From Pseudomonadota bacterium (lineage in GTDB: Bacteria; Pseudomonadota; Alphaproteobacteria; SHVP01), in contig JAQBYN010000017.1 of the NCBI GenBank assembly GCA_027622715.1, forward strand, positions 577 through 64,576: a stretch of 64,000 nt of DNA, written 5' to 3'. The notes below the pieces were generated by a model, which was not told where the DNA came from, searched no databases, and worked only from the letters and a program-made list of their open reading frames with translations. The position numbers were made by a program, and so were the translations under genes. Within the stretch, counting starts at the first letter, position 1. Every line of letters starts with the position of its first letter. Of the stretch, positions 43,380 through 53,234 are shown piece after piece.

Positions 43380-44891
43380 TTAGTTGGCCAGTGCGACGTC
43401 GGCCCAGTTGATGCGCCAGTTCTCATTTTTGAATCCTGACACTTTGCTCGACGTCGCATCGAGTTCGAACTGCTCGTACAGGAATATCTGCGGCGCCTCA
43501 TCATGGTAGATTTGGGCGATTTCCCTCAGATACTGGGCACGCTTTTTGGGGTCGAACTCGCTGTTGGCGCCCTTGATCGCAGCCTCTGCGGCCGGGATGC
43601 AAGTCCACTTCTGCCGCGCTTCGCAGGAATGGAACGCATTAATCGAGCGCATCACGTCGATCGACGGGTTGGAACCATAGTTCATGATGTGCATCTGACC
43701 TTCGAACTCTTTGGTACCGACCACGCGGCCGAACAAGTCAGGCAACGTAATGATCTTTAGTTCCATCGCGATGCCGACCCGGGAAAGGTCTTGTGCAACC
43801 TGCTGGTACAAATTGGTCAGATCCGCATTGTTGTTGACGATTTCCGCGACCACTTTGAGACCGTTGGGGAAGCCCGCCTCGGCAAGAAGCTGTTTCGCCT
43901 TCGCCGGGTCATAGGGATAGGCCTCGACATCGGCCTGGAATCCATTGACCGATGATGCCGCGGGTTGGCCTGCCGCCTTGCCGAACCCATTGAACAGGGT
44001 GTCGATGAACGACTTGTCGATCGCATAGTTGAAGGCCTGGCGCACACGTTTGTCGGTTGTGAAACCGCCGGTCGACTGGTTGAAGACCAGAATGGCGACC
44101 GAGGGTGTCGAACCGACATTCACCGTCCCGCCCGCCTGTTTGATCAGGTTGACCGAGTCGGTCGGGATGCCGAAGGCGATATCGACCGCTTCGGACTGGA
44201 ATGCTTGTACGCGGGTCGCCGCCTCGGGCTGGAAATACATCAATAGCCCGTCGACTTTGGGCTGGCGTGGCCCCTTTTCGAACCGGACCATCTGAGCCTT
44301 GGTATCGTCCCACGATGTCACGTGAAATGGCCCGGTGCCGGATGGATTGTTGCCGAACTTCTCGCGCCCAAGATCGCTCCACGCCGCCGGGTCGATGATC
44401 CGAAACGCCGAAATCTCGTTCGGCAGGATCGGCGACGGGCGATCCGTAATAATTTCCACGGTCATGTCGTCGATCTTCCGGGCATCGACAATGTGTTTGA
44501 GACTGCCGTAGACGGACCCGCCGTACTTTTTTTGATCGTCCGATTGAAGGTTCTTGACCGCCGCAACCACCGCATCGGCGGTAAATGCCGTCCCGGCGTG
44601 AAACGAAATTCCAGGCGTAAGCTTAAATTCCCAGGTCAGCGGTCCGGTGTTTTTCCAACTCGTCGCCAAGCGAGCGCGCGGCGAGCCGTCGCCATCCACC
44701 GTGACAAGCGGATCGAACGATGTCTCAAAAGTGTAGGTATGTTGGTAGCTAAGACTGGTCGTCGGATCGCCGTGATTCGGCGGATTGCCGATGTTCGACA
44801 CACGCAACGTCTGAGCAAAACCAAGCGATCCTGAACCGACGACGAAGGCCGCCACTATTGCGACCGTTGCCAAGTTTCTTGTTCGGGTCAT
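43380..44891 (-). CDS. ABC substrate-binding protein, family 5 (paralog)
   Basis: Signal peptide; LATSW, GTGPF, D.RVRQAFNYAID and YPYDP.KAK.LLAEAG. RBS GGGAGG before ATG 44891. Confidence 0.92.
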   Translation of the reverse strand: MTRTRNLATVAIVAAFVVGSGSLGFAQTLRVSNIGNPPNHGDPTTSLSYQHTYTFETSFDPLVTVDGDGSPRARLATSWKNTGPLTWEFKLTPGISFHAGTAFTADAVVAAVKNLQSDDQKKYGGSVYGSLKHIVDARKIDDMTVEIITDRPSPILPNEISAFRIIDPAAWSDLGREKFGNNPSGTGPFHVTSWDDTKAQMVRFEKGPRQPKVDGLLMYFQPEAATRVQAFQSEAVDIAFGIPTDSVNLIKQAGGTVNVGSTPSVAILVFNQSTGGFTTDKRVRQAFNYAIDKSFIDTLFNGFGKAAGQPAASSVNGFQADVEAYPYDPAKAKQLLAEAGFPNGLKVVAEIVNNNADLTNLYQQVAQDLSRVGIAMELKIITLPDLFGRVVGTKEFEGQMHIMNYGSNPSIDVMRSINAFHSCEARQKWTCIPAAEAAIKGANSEFDPKKRAQYLREIAQIYHDEAPQIFLYEQFELDATSSKVSGFKNENWRINWADVALAN

Positions 44892-45114
44892 TGAAAGTCC
44901 TCCCACCATAACGTCGGCAGTCGGCCGTGCCGCCCGCGGACGCACCCAGGGTCAACCCTAGCACCCACTTGGCTGCCCCGCGTAGCAAGACTAGCGTCAT
45001 CATCGCTGACCTAACGAGCGCGAGATTCGATGGTTGCGCACGGTGATCGTCGTTTAGGATCATGCCGGGTTATCGGTGAAGGCGGATGGCCTGGGCTGGG
45101 AGGGCCGCACGACA

Positions 45115-46827
45115 ATGGCAAAATTCGATCTGGTTATCCGCGGCGGCACGTTGATCGACGGTACCGGCGGCGATCCCTATGCCGCGGATATCGCGGTCGG
45201 CGGTGGCCGCATCGAGAAGATCGGCAAGGTCGACGATGCCGGGACCGCGGAAATCGACGCCAAAGGGTTGATGGTCACACCGGGCTTCATCGACATTCAC
45301 ACCCATTTCGATGCCCAGGTCATGTGGGATACCCACATGACTCCGTGTTCTCAACACGGCGTCACCACGGTCTTGATGGGCAACTGCGGCGTTGGCTTTG
45401 CGCCGTGCAAGCCGGAACACCGCGATGTCATGGTCGATGTCATGGACGGGGTCGAAGACATTCCGGCCTTGGTACTCAATGAGGGCCTGCCGTGGACGTG
45501 GGAGAGCTTTCCCGAATTCATGGATGTGCTGGCGACGCGGAAGGCTGACGTCGACTTCGGCACCTTTGTCACCCATGTGCCGATCCGGGTTTACGTGATG
45601 GGCGAGCGCGGCATCCGCCGCGAACCTGCATCGGCTGACGACATTCAGCGCATGGCTGCCTTGGTCGAAGAGGGTATCGAGGCCGGTGCCTTCGGCTTCA
45701 CCACCTCGCGGGCCACCGGCCACCGCGCCCGCAGCGGTGACGTGGTGCCCTCGACGACCGCCGACGAGGACGAGCTGATGGCCATGGCATTGGCGATGAA
45801 ACGCAAGGGCCGCGGCCACTTCATGTCGGCCTCGGAATTCAATATGGCCAACGGTTTTTCTAGTGAATTCAATATGTTACGGCGTATTGCTGAGACATCA
45901 GGTCGGCCCGTGCACTTCCCGCTGTTGCAGGGCAACGAGGCGCCGGAGCGTTGGCGCGAGATCGCTGACGGCGCTGCCGCGGCCATTCGCAACGGCGCCA
46001 GCATGTACGGCCAAGTCGTCGCGCGGCCGGTTGGCGTGTTGTTCGGCCTTGAGATGACCTCGAACCCGTTCACGACCTGTCCCTCGTATGAGGCCATCGC
46101 CCATCTGCCGCTGCCCGAGCGCGTCGCCGTGATGCGCAACCCCGAGCTGCGCGCCCGGCTTTTGGCCGAGGAGCCCGGCGACCCCGAGGCGCGGACCGTG
46201 ATTATGTCGCGCAGCGCCCACCTGCTGTACCGCATGGGTGATCCACCCAATTATTCGCCGCCGATCGCGGAGCGCCTCGACAAGGTTGCCGAACGCCATG
46301 GAACCACACCCCTCGCGGTGGCCTACGACACGTTGCTCGAGAACGAGGGGCACGGCGTCCTGTATTTTCCGGCACGCAATTTCGCGTTCAACAACCTCGA
46401 CACGTGCCTTGAAATGTTGCGCCGTCCGGAAATGGAAATCGGTCTTGGCGATGCCGGCGCCCATGTCGGCCGCATTTGCGACAGCAGCATGCCGACGTTC
46501 CTGCTGACCTATTGGGGCCGCGACCGCGACGGCGAGCGCTTGCCGCTGCCCTGGATCGTCAAGGCACTGACCAGCGATCACGCACGCGTCATGGGCATGC
46601 CCGACCGCGGCATTCTCAAGGAAGGGCTCAAAGCAGACATCAACGTGATCGATCATGGTCGCCTGAGGCTCCACGCGGCCCAGGCGACGCACGATCTGCC
46701 GACCGGCGCGATGCGGCTGTCGCAGCAAGCCGACGGCTATGTCGCGACGGTAGTATCGGGCGAGATTACCCGGCGTGACGGTGACTGGACCGGCGCGTTA
46801 CCGGGCCGCCTGGTAAGGGCAGCTTAA
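45115..46827 (+). CDS. N-acyl-D-amino-acid deacylase family amidohydrolase
   Basis: Motifs D.VIRGGTLIDGTG, PGFIDIHTHFD, GVTTV.MGNCG, DAGAH, DRG..GLKADINVID and TGALPG. Confidence 0.92.
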   Translation: MAKFDLVIRGGTLIDGTGGDPYAADIAVGGGRIEKIGKVDDAGTAEIDAKGLMVTPGFIDIHTHFDAQVMWDTHMTPCSQHGVTTVLMGNCGVGFAPCKPEHRDVMVDVMDGVEDIPALVLNEGLPWTWESFPEFMDVLATRKADVDFGTFVTHVPIRVYVMGERGIRREPASADDIQRMAALVEEGIEAGAFGFTTSRATGHRARSGDVVPSTTADEDELMAMALAMKRKGRGHFMSASEFNMANGFSSEFNMLRRIAETSGRPVHFPLLQGNEAPERWREIADGAAAAIRNGASMYGQVVARPVGVLFGLEMTSNPFTTCPSYEAIAHLPLPERVAVMRNPELRARLLAEEPGDPEARTVIMSRSAHLLYRMGDPPNYSPPIAERLDKVAERHGTTPLAVAYDTLLENEGHGVLYFPARNFAFNNLDTCLEMLRRPEMEIGLGDAGAHVGRICDSSMPTFLLTYWGRDRDGERLPLPWIVKALTSDHARVMGMPDRGILKEGLKADINVIDHGRLRLHAAQATHDLPTGAMRLSQQADGYVATVVSGEITRRDGDWTGALPGRLVRAA

Positions 46828-46960
46828 GCGTAGACAACGCGGCGCGGCCCAAGGGGCGCGGTCTCCGGCACTGCCCTAGAACTGGACACGTCCTGGCGGC
46901 GCGTGGCGTGATGTAATATGACCCCAGACAACTCGAAACGAAGACAACACGGAATGCCCC

Positions 46961-48358
46961 ATGATCCTGCCCGCCGCCGATAAATCCTTCGAACTCTCCG
47001 TACCCGTCTTGGTGATCGGCGCCGGTGCTTGCGGCATCAGCGCGGCGTTGACGGCCAAGGAATATGGCGCCGAGACGATGTTGCTGGAGCGCGACGACAC
47101 GCCAACCGGATCGTCGGCGTTATCGACCTGCCTAATCCCGGCTGCCGGTACCAAACTGCAAAAGGCCGCGGGCGTTGCAGACTCGCCCGAACAATTCGCT
47201 AAGGACCTGATTGCCAAGGCCAAGAACAAGAACGACCCCGACATGGCGCGCTGGGTCGCCGAAGCGAGCGGCCCGACCGTCGACTGGCTGATCGACACGG
47301 TTGGTTTGCCGCTATCGTTGCTTACCGGGTTCAAATACCCCGGCCATAGCGTGTGGCGCATGCACGGCTCGCCCAACCGCACCGGTACTGAATTGATGGC
47401 CGTCCTGACCGAGGCCGTGGCGCGCGAAGCGATCGACCTCGCGACCTCCGCCCCGGTCACCGACCTCTACGCCGATCAAGCGAGCGGCCGCGTAACCGGC
47501 GTGCGCATCACCCGCCCCGACGGCGCAACCGAAGATATCGGGTGTGACGCGCTAATCCTGGCCTGCAACGGCTATGGCGGGAACTCAGAGATGGTGCGCG
47601 AGTACGTGCCCGAAATGTCGGACGCTTGGTACTTTGGCCACACCGGCAACAAAGGCGACGCGGTCCACTGGGGTGTCGCACTGGGCGGCGCGGTAGCCGA
47701 CATGGGGGGCTATCAAGGCCACGGCGCGGTGACCCAACCGCACGGGACATTGTTGTTCTGGGGCCTCCTCACCGAGGGCGGCATCCAGGTAAACCTCAAC
47801 GGCGAACGCTTTTCCAACGAGGTTCGCGGCTATTCGGAACAGGCCGTCGAGGTGATCGGCCAACCCGAGGCCGTTGCCTGGGAAATCTGGGACGAGGGCA
47901 GCCACAAACTCGGGCTCGATTTTCTCGACTACCGCAACGGCATCGAGATGGGCGCGCATAAGACCGCCGACACCATCGAGGGCATCGCCCAACAAAGCGG
48001 CGTCCCGCTCGACGCGCTGAAACAGACCTTCGCTGATATCGAGGCCTACAAGCGCGGCGAGAAGGACGACCCGTGGGGCCGCGACTGGGGCAAGACAGAC
48101 CTGCTGGAACCGCCCTACCATTTCGCCAAGATCACCGGCGCCTTGTTCCACACCCAAGGTGGCCTAGTCGTCAACGACAAGGCGCAGGTGTTGCGCGAGG
48201 ATGGCACGCCGCTACCCAACCTGTTCGCCGGTGGCGGCGCCGCACGCGGCCTATCGGGGCCATCGCGCTGGGGCTACCTGTCCGGCAACGGCCTGCTGAC
48301 CGCGACGGTGTTGGGCCGCATTGCCGGCCGCGAATCCGCCAAGCTCGTCAAAGGCTAG
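46961..48358 (+). CDS. FAD-dependent oxidoreductase (FAD_binding_2; flavocytochrome c/KstD superfamily), tandem A
   Basis: Motifs VIGAGACG..AAL, GYGGN, G.RFSNE, LFHTQGGL, LPNLFAGG and YLSGNGL. Confidence 0.9.
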   Translation: MILPAADKSFELSVPVLVIGAGACGISAALTAKEYGAETMLLERDDTPTGSSALSTCLIPAAGTKLQKAAGVADSPEQFAKDLIAKAKNKNDPDMARWVAEASGPTVDWLIDTVGLPLSLLTGFKYPGHSVWRMHGSPNRTGTELMAVLTEAVAREAIDLATSAPVTDLYADQASGRVTGVRITRPDGATEDIGCDALILACNGYGGNSEMVREYVPEMSDAWYFGHTGNKGDAVHWGVALGGAVADMGGYQGHGAVTQPHGTLLFWGLLTEGGIQVNLNGERFSNEVRGYSEQAVEVIGQPEAVAWEIWDEGSHKLGLDFLDYRNGIEMGAHKTADTIEGIAQQSGVPLDALKQTFADIEAYKRGEKDDPWGRDWGKTDLLEPPYHFAKITGALFHTQGGLVVNDKAQVLREDGTPLPNLFAGGGAARGLSGPSRWGYLSGNGLLTATVLGRIAGRESAKLVKG

Positions 48359-48387
48359 CCTGAGCCAGCGCCTGTGCTAGCCTGAGC
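48354..48387. repeat. 12-bp direct repeat GCTAGCCTGAGC spanning the stop codon
   Basis: Copies at 48354-65 and 48376-87. Confidence 0.7.
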
Positions 48388-48406
48388 GCCATCCAAGGAG
48401 CCGCCG

Positions 48407-49834
48407 ATGCCCATCAAACCCGCCGCCGGAAAGACCTTCGAATACACCGTGCCCGTCGTGGTCGTTGGTGCCGGCGCCGCTGGGATGACCGCTGCGTTGG
48501 CCGCCCGCGACGGCGGCGCTGAGGTGTTGTTGCTGGAACGCGATCACACGCCGCGCGGCTCGACCGCGATGTCCCAAGGCAATATCGCGGCGGCCGGCAC
48601 CAAAAGTCAGAAGGCAGCCGGCGTTGACGACTCAGGCGATCGCTTCGCCGACGACATTATCAAGCTGACGCGCGGTGAGACCGATGCCGAGCTGGCGCGC
48701 GTCTTTGCCAATGCCTCGGGCAGAACCGTCGATTGGCTTACCGAAACGCACCACATCCCGCTGGCGGTTGACATGGATTGGGGTGCCAAGTTGGGGCATT
48801 CGCGCTCGCGCATTCACGCGACGCCGCGCAAAACCGGCACCGAGCTAGTGAGTTGCTTGTTGAACGCCTGCGAAACCGCCGGCGTCGATCTCATTACCGA
48901 CGCGCATGTCGTCGATGTGTTTGCCGACGGCGATGGCACTGTGCGTGGTGTGCGCTTTGAACGCCCCGACGGCTCGGACGAAGAGGTCGGCTGCGGCGCG
49001 TTGATCCTGACCACCTGCGGCTTTGGCGCGAACCGCGAGATGATCCGTGAATTCATTCCCGACATGGCCGACGCGATCTACCACGGCCACGAAGGCAACG
49101 AAGGCGACGGCATCCAGTGGGGCATGGAACTGGGCGCCGCCACCGCCGACATGACTGCGTTCCAAGGCCTTGGCGCACTCGCCGAACCGGCACGCGTGCT
49201 GATCCACTACATCGTCATTCTCGACGGCGGGATCGTCGTCAACATCAACGGCGAGCGCTTCACCGACGAGTCGACCGACATTTCCGGCATGGGCCGCAAG
49301 GTCACCGCGCAACCCGAGCACTACGTCTGGTTCATCTTCGATCAAAAACGCCAAGACTTCGTCATGAAGTACGAGGAACACAAAGAGGCGATGGAAGTGG
49401 GCGCGGTGCGCAAGGCCGAAACCACCGAAGAGCTCGCCCAGATCACCAAGATGCCATTGGAGACGTTGGAGAAAACGCTCGCCGATGTGGTCGCGATGCA
49501 AAACGGCACAGGCAAAGACAAACACGGTCGCGACTTCGCCAACGAAACGCCGTTGCAAGGCCCGCCTTGGTATGTCGTTAAATCCGTGGGCGCCCTGTTC
49601 CACACGCAAGGTGGTCTGGTGATCGATGGGAACGCCCAGGTCCAGCGCATAGACGGCACGCCACTACCCAATCTTTTCGCCGCCGGCGGCACCGCGCGCT
49701 CAACCTCGGGCCCGTCAGACTGGGGTTACATTCCAGCAGCCGGCCTGTTCACGGCCACGACCCAAGGCCGACTTGCCGGTGTAGCCGCGGCGCGGCTCAC
49801 CACCGCAGCGGAGCAGAGCGCCGCCGCGGAGTAG
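48407..49834 (+). CDS. FAD-dependent oxidoreductase (FAD_binding_2), tandem B
   Basis: Motifs VVGAGAAG..AAL, GFGAN, GERFTDE, LFHTQGGL and LPNLFAAG. RBS AAGGAG. Confidence 0.9.
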   Translation: MPIKPAAGKTFEYTVPVVVVGAGAAGMTAALAARDGGAEVLLLERDHTPRGSTAMSQGNIAAAGTKSQKAAGVDDSGDRFADDIIKLTRGETDAELARVFANASGRTVDWLTETHHIPLAVDMDWGAKLGHSRSRIHATPRKTGTELVSCLLNACETAGVDLITDAHVVDVFADGDGTVRGVRFERPDGSDEEVGCGALILTTCGFGANREMIREFIPDMADAIYHGHEGNEGDGIQWGMELGAATADMTAFQGLGALAEPARVLIHYIVILDGGIVVNINGERFTDESTDISGMGRKVTAQPEHYVWFIFDQKRQDFVMKYEEHKEAMEVGAVRKAETTEELAQITKMPLETLEKTLADVVAMQNGTGKDKHGRDFANETPLQGPPWYVVKSVGALFHTQGGLVIDGNAQVQRIDGTPLPNLFAAGGTARSTSGPSDWGYIPAAGLFTATTQGRLAGVAAARLTTAAEQSAAAE

Positions 49835-49837
49835 CCC

Positions 49838-50242
49838 CTACCCCTTCGGCTTCTTCTGCTCGACCTTCTCGACCGGCCCGCCGGCCTCGACCCAGGCGCC
49901 GAAGCCACCGTCGATATGGGCCACGGGCTCTAGGCCCATGTCCTGGAGCTGTTTGGTCGCCAGCGCCGAGCGCCAGCCCGATTTGCAATAAAACACGAAC
50001 TTCTTACCGCTGGCGAAAACGTCGCGGTGATAGGGGCTGTCGGGGTCGACCCAGAATTCCAACATGCCGCGCGGGGCATGGACGGCCCCCAGAATCTTGC
50101 CTTCGTGCCACAATTCGCGGACATCGCGGATATCCACGATTGTCACGGATTCGTCACCGCCCAAGGCCAAAGCGTCCTTCACGGCGATGGTCTCGACCGC
50201 CGAATTGGCCTCATCGACCAATTGCTTGTAGCCTTTCTTCAT
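49838..50242 (-). CDS. Single-domain rhodanese-like protein
   Basis: Motifs VDIRD.REL, PRGMLEFW.DPDSPY, FYCKSGWRSALA and HIDGGF.AW. Start ATG 50242. Confidence 0.93.
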   Translation of the reverse strand: MKKGYKQLVDEANSAVETIAVKDALALGGDESVTIVDIRDVRELWHEGKILGAVHAPRGMLEFWVDPDSPYHRDVFASGKKFVFYCKSGWRSALATKQLQDMGLEPVAHIDGGFGAWVEAGGPVEKVEQKKPKG

Positions 50243-50325
50243 CCTATGTGTTCTCCGTTCGGGTTGGCGCTCAGAGTAGCCGATCCGGCCCCTAAGACCA
50301 CGCACAGACCCAAGAAAGGTCCCCC

Positions 50326-50643
50326 GTGACCGCCAGAAGAGCCCGTTTTCACGTTGGCCAGATCGTCGCCCACCGGCGGGCGGGATACCGCGGCGTCGTC
50401 TATGACGTCGACCCGATCTTCAGCCTGGACGATGAGTGGTACGACGAAATGGCCCGCTCACGCCCGCCTAAGGACAAGCCCTGGTACAGCGTGCTGGTCG
50501 ATGGCGGCGAGCACACCACCTATGTCGCCGAGCGCAACCTTGAGCGTAGCGACGATGAAACCGACATCCACCATCCCCTGGTGGAGGATTTGTTCGCTGA
50601 ACTCCGCGACGGCGCCTACGTGTCGCGCGACCGCCACAACTGA
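50326..50643 (+). CDS. hspQ: Heat shock protein HspQ (YccV-like)
   Basis: Motifs ARF.VGQIV.HR..GYRGVVYDVDP.F, RPPKD.PWY.VL and TYVAERNL. Confidence 0.92.
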   Translation: MTARRARFHVGQIVAHRRAGYRGVVYDVDPIFSLDDEWYDEMARSRPPKDKPWYSVLVDGGEHTTYVAERNLERSDDETDIHHPLVEDLFAELRDGAYVSRDRHN

Positions 50644-50670
50644 CCACCAACCGACATAAGGAGGCACGGC

Positions 50671-51441
50671 ATGCGTCTTAAGGGCAAGTCGGCGCTCGTC
50701 ACGGGCGCCGCATCAGGTATCGGCAAGGCCACCGCGCAACGCTTCGCCGAAGAGGGCTGCACCGTCGTTTGCGCCGACAAGAACGGCGACGGCGCGCAAC
50801 AATCCGCCAAAGAAATCAACGCGACCGGCGCAAAAGCCTTTGCCGTCACGCTCGACGTGACCCAGGCCGACCAGGTCGGCGCCGCGATTGCCAAAGCGAT
50901 CGAGCAGACCGGCGGCCTCGACATTGTCGTCAACAATGCGGGCATCACTATCGTCGGCAGCGTCGAGCAAATGAGCGAGGCACAGTGGGACACCGAGATG
51001 GATATCAACGTCAAATCCATCTTCTTGATGTCCAAGGCCGTATGGAGCCACATGAAAGTCCGCAAAGGTGGCGTGATCCTCAACACCGCGTCGATCGCCG
51101 GGCAAATCGGCATCGCCCAAGACGCGGCTTATTGCGCGTCCAAAGCCGCCGTCATCATGTTGACGCGTTGCATGGCCAAGGACGGCGCGGGCGACAAAAT
51201 TCGCGTTAACTGCGTGTGCCCGGGGTTCATCGACACGCCGATGATCCAGGGCTATTTCAACGATCAAGACGATCCCGCCGCGGCACGACAATTTGCCACT
51301 GGCCTTCATCCATTGGGCAGGCTCGGTTTCGCCCGCGATATCGCCAACGGGTTCCTCTATTTGGCGAGCGACGACGCCGAATGGGTGACAGGCACCGCGC
51401 TGACAGTAGACGGAGGCCTCATGGCCGCGCTGCCGGGCTAG
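50671..51441 (+). CDS. Short-chain dehydrogenase/reductase
   Basis: Motifs TGAASGIG, NNAG, YCASK, IRVN.VCPG.IDT and VDGG. Confidence 0.95.
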   Translation: MRLKGKSALVTGAASGIGKATAQRFAEEGCTVVCADKNGDGAQQSAKEINATGAKAFAVTLDVTQADQVGAAIAKAIEQTGGLDIVVNNAGITIVGSVEQMSEAQWDTEMDINVKSIFLMSKAVWSHMKVRKGGVILNTASIAGQIGIAQDAAYCASKAAVIMLTRCMAKDGAGDKIRVNCVCPGFIDTPMIQGYFNDQDDPAAARQFATGLHPLGRLGFARDIANGFLYLASDDAEWVTGTALTVDGGLMAALPG

Positions 51442-51507
51442 TCAACGGTTGAAGCAAACCCAGGCGGTCCTTAAGTTCAAAGGCCCGCTCTCCTGACCCA
51501 GGTTGCC

Positions 51508-52509
51508 ATGGATATCCGCAAAGGCTTTCTCGATACCGTCGGCAACACGCCGCTGATCCGCCTTAACCGGCTGTCGGATGAAACGGGGTGCGAGATCCTC
51601 GGCAAAGCCGAGTTCCTCAACCCGGGTGGCTCGGTCAAGGATCGCGCCGCGCTGGCGATTATTGAGGACGCCGAGAAGAGCGGCGCGCTAAAGCCGGGCG
51701 GCACCATCGTCGAGGGCACCGCCGGCAATACCGGCATTGGCCTCGCCCTCGTCGGTAACGCCAAGGGCTACAAGACAATCATCATCATTCCCGATACCCA
51801 GAGCCAAGAAAAGATGGACATGCTGACGGTGTGCGGTGTCGATCTGCGCCCGGTACCGGCCAAGCCCTACCGCGACCCCGATAACTACGTGAAGATTTCG
51901 GGCCGCACTGCGGACGCGCTCAACGAAAAAAACCCGGGCAGCGCGATTTGGGCCAACCAGTTCGACAACGTCGCCAACCGTGACGGCCATTTCCGCACCA
52001 CTGGGCCCGAGATATGGCAACAGACCGGTGGCAAGATCGACGGCTTCATCTGCGCCGTCGGCACCGGCGGTACGTTGGCCGGCGTCGGCATGTATCTGAA
52101 AGAGCAACACCGCGGCGTGACAATCGGCCTCGCCGATCCGATGGGTGCCGCGCTGTACCACTATTACGCGCACGGCGAACTGAAATCCGAAGGCTCGTCC
52201 ATCACTGAAGGAATCGGCCAAGGTCGCATCACCAAGAACCTCGAAGGCGCGCCGGTCGACATGCCGTTCCAAATTCCCGATGCCGAGGCACTCCAGATCG
52301 TTTTCGACCTCATCGAACAAGAAGGTTTAGTGCTGGGCGGTTCCAGCGGCATCAATGTCGCCGGCGCTGTGCGTATGGCCAAAGAACTCGGCCCGGGCCA
52401 TACCATCGTCACGGTGCTGTGCGATTTCGGCTCGCGCTATCAAAGCAAGATGTTCAATCCCATCTTCTTGCGCGACAAGGGCCTGCCGGTCCCGCATTGG
52501 ATGGCCTAA
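51508..52509 (+). CDS. cysK: Cysteine synthase
   Basis: Motifs GNTPLIRL, KAEFLNPGGSVKDR, EGTAGNTG, NQFDN, GTGGT and EGIGQ. Confidence 0.93.
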   Translation: MDIRKGFLDTVGNTPLIRLNRLSDETGCEILGKAEFLNPGGSVKDRAALAIIEDAEKSGALKPGGTIVEGTAGNTGIGLALVGNAKGYKTIIIIPDTQSQEKMDMLTVCGVDLRPVPAKPYRDPDNYVKISGRTADALNEKNPGSAIWANQFDNVANRDGHFRTTGPEIWQQTGGKIDGFICAVGTGGTLAGVGMYLKEQHRGVTIGLADPMGAALYHYYAHGELKSEGSSITEGIGQGRITKNLEGAPVDMPFQIPDAEALQIVFDLIEQEGLVLGGSSGINVAGAVRMAKELGPGHTIVTVLCDFGSRYQSKMFNPIFLRDKGLPVPHWMA

Positions 52510-52513
52510 GAGC

Positions 52514-53224
52514 ATGACCGAACAACTGTTCACGCAAGACGCCTATCTCACCGATTGCACGGCGACGGTTACCGTGGTGCACGATATGGCCGTCGAACTC
52601 GATCGCACCGTGTTCTACGCGCAAGGTGGCGGCCAACCGGGCGACACCGGCACGCTAACCTTGGCCGACGGGACAGTGCTGGTCGTCAGCAACGCCACCA
52701 AAGGCGACACGCCGGGCAGCGTCGTCCACCTCATTGCCGGCGGCGTCACACCGCCGCCGGTCGGCACCGCGGTCACCGCCAAAATCGACTGGGCGCGCCG
52801 CCACAAATTCATGCGTATGCATACCTGCCTGCATCTTTTGTCGGCGGTCCTGCCCTACCCCGTCACCGGCGGTTCGATCGGCGAAGAAAAAGGCCGCCTC
52901 GACTTCGACCTACCAGAGGCAAACCTCGACAAGGAAGACATCGCCGCCAAACTGGCCGCGCTGATCGCCGCCGACAGCCCGGTTAGCGATGAATGGATCA
53001 CCGATGCCGAACTCGATGCCAACCCCGACCTTGTCAAAACGATGGCCGTCCAACCGCCGCGCGGCCTCGGCAAGGTGCGCCTGCTGCGGATCGGCGACGA
53101 TGTGGACCTGCAGCCCTGCGGCGGCACCCACGTCAAACGCACCGGCGAGATCGGCGCCATCGAAGTCGGCAAGATCGAAAAGAAAGGCCGCCAGAACCGC
53201 CGCGTGAACCTGCGCTTCGCGTAG
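52514..53224 (+). CDS. alaX: Alanyl-tRNA editing protein AlaX
   Basis: Motifs LDRTVFY.QGGGQPGD.G, HTCLH (HxxxH) and QPCGGTHV (CxxxH). Start ATG 52514. Confidence 0.93.
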   Translation: MTEQLFTQDAYLTDCTATVTVVHDMAVELDRTVFYAQGGGQPGDTGTLTLADGTVLVVSNATKGDTPGSVVHLIAGGVTPPPVGTAVTAKIDWARRHKFMRMHTCLHLLSAVLPYPVTGGSIGEEKGRLDFDLPEANLDKEDIAAKLAALIAADSPVSDEWITDAELDANPDLVKTMAVQPPRGLGKVRLLRIGDDVDLQPCGGTHVKRTGEIGAIEVGKIEKKGRQNRRVNLRFA

Positions 53225-53234
53225 CGGCGCCGAT

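Noticed and set aside
46961-49834. Fumarate reductase or succinate dehydrogenase flavoproteins
   Set aside because: The catalytic His/Arg motifs are absent, and there are no Fe-S, anchor or heme subunits.
19567-49834. Shared C-terminal -AAE on PreA, the histidine kinase and flavoprotein B as a novel targeting signal
   Set aside because: Such endings are common in alphaproteobacterial proteins, and three cases do not define a system.
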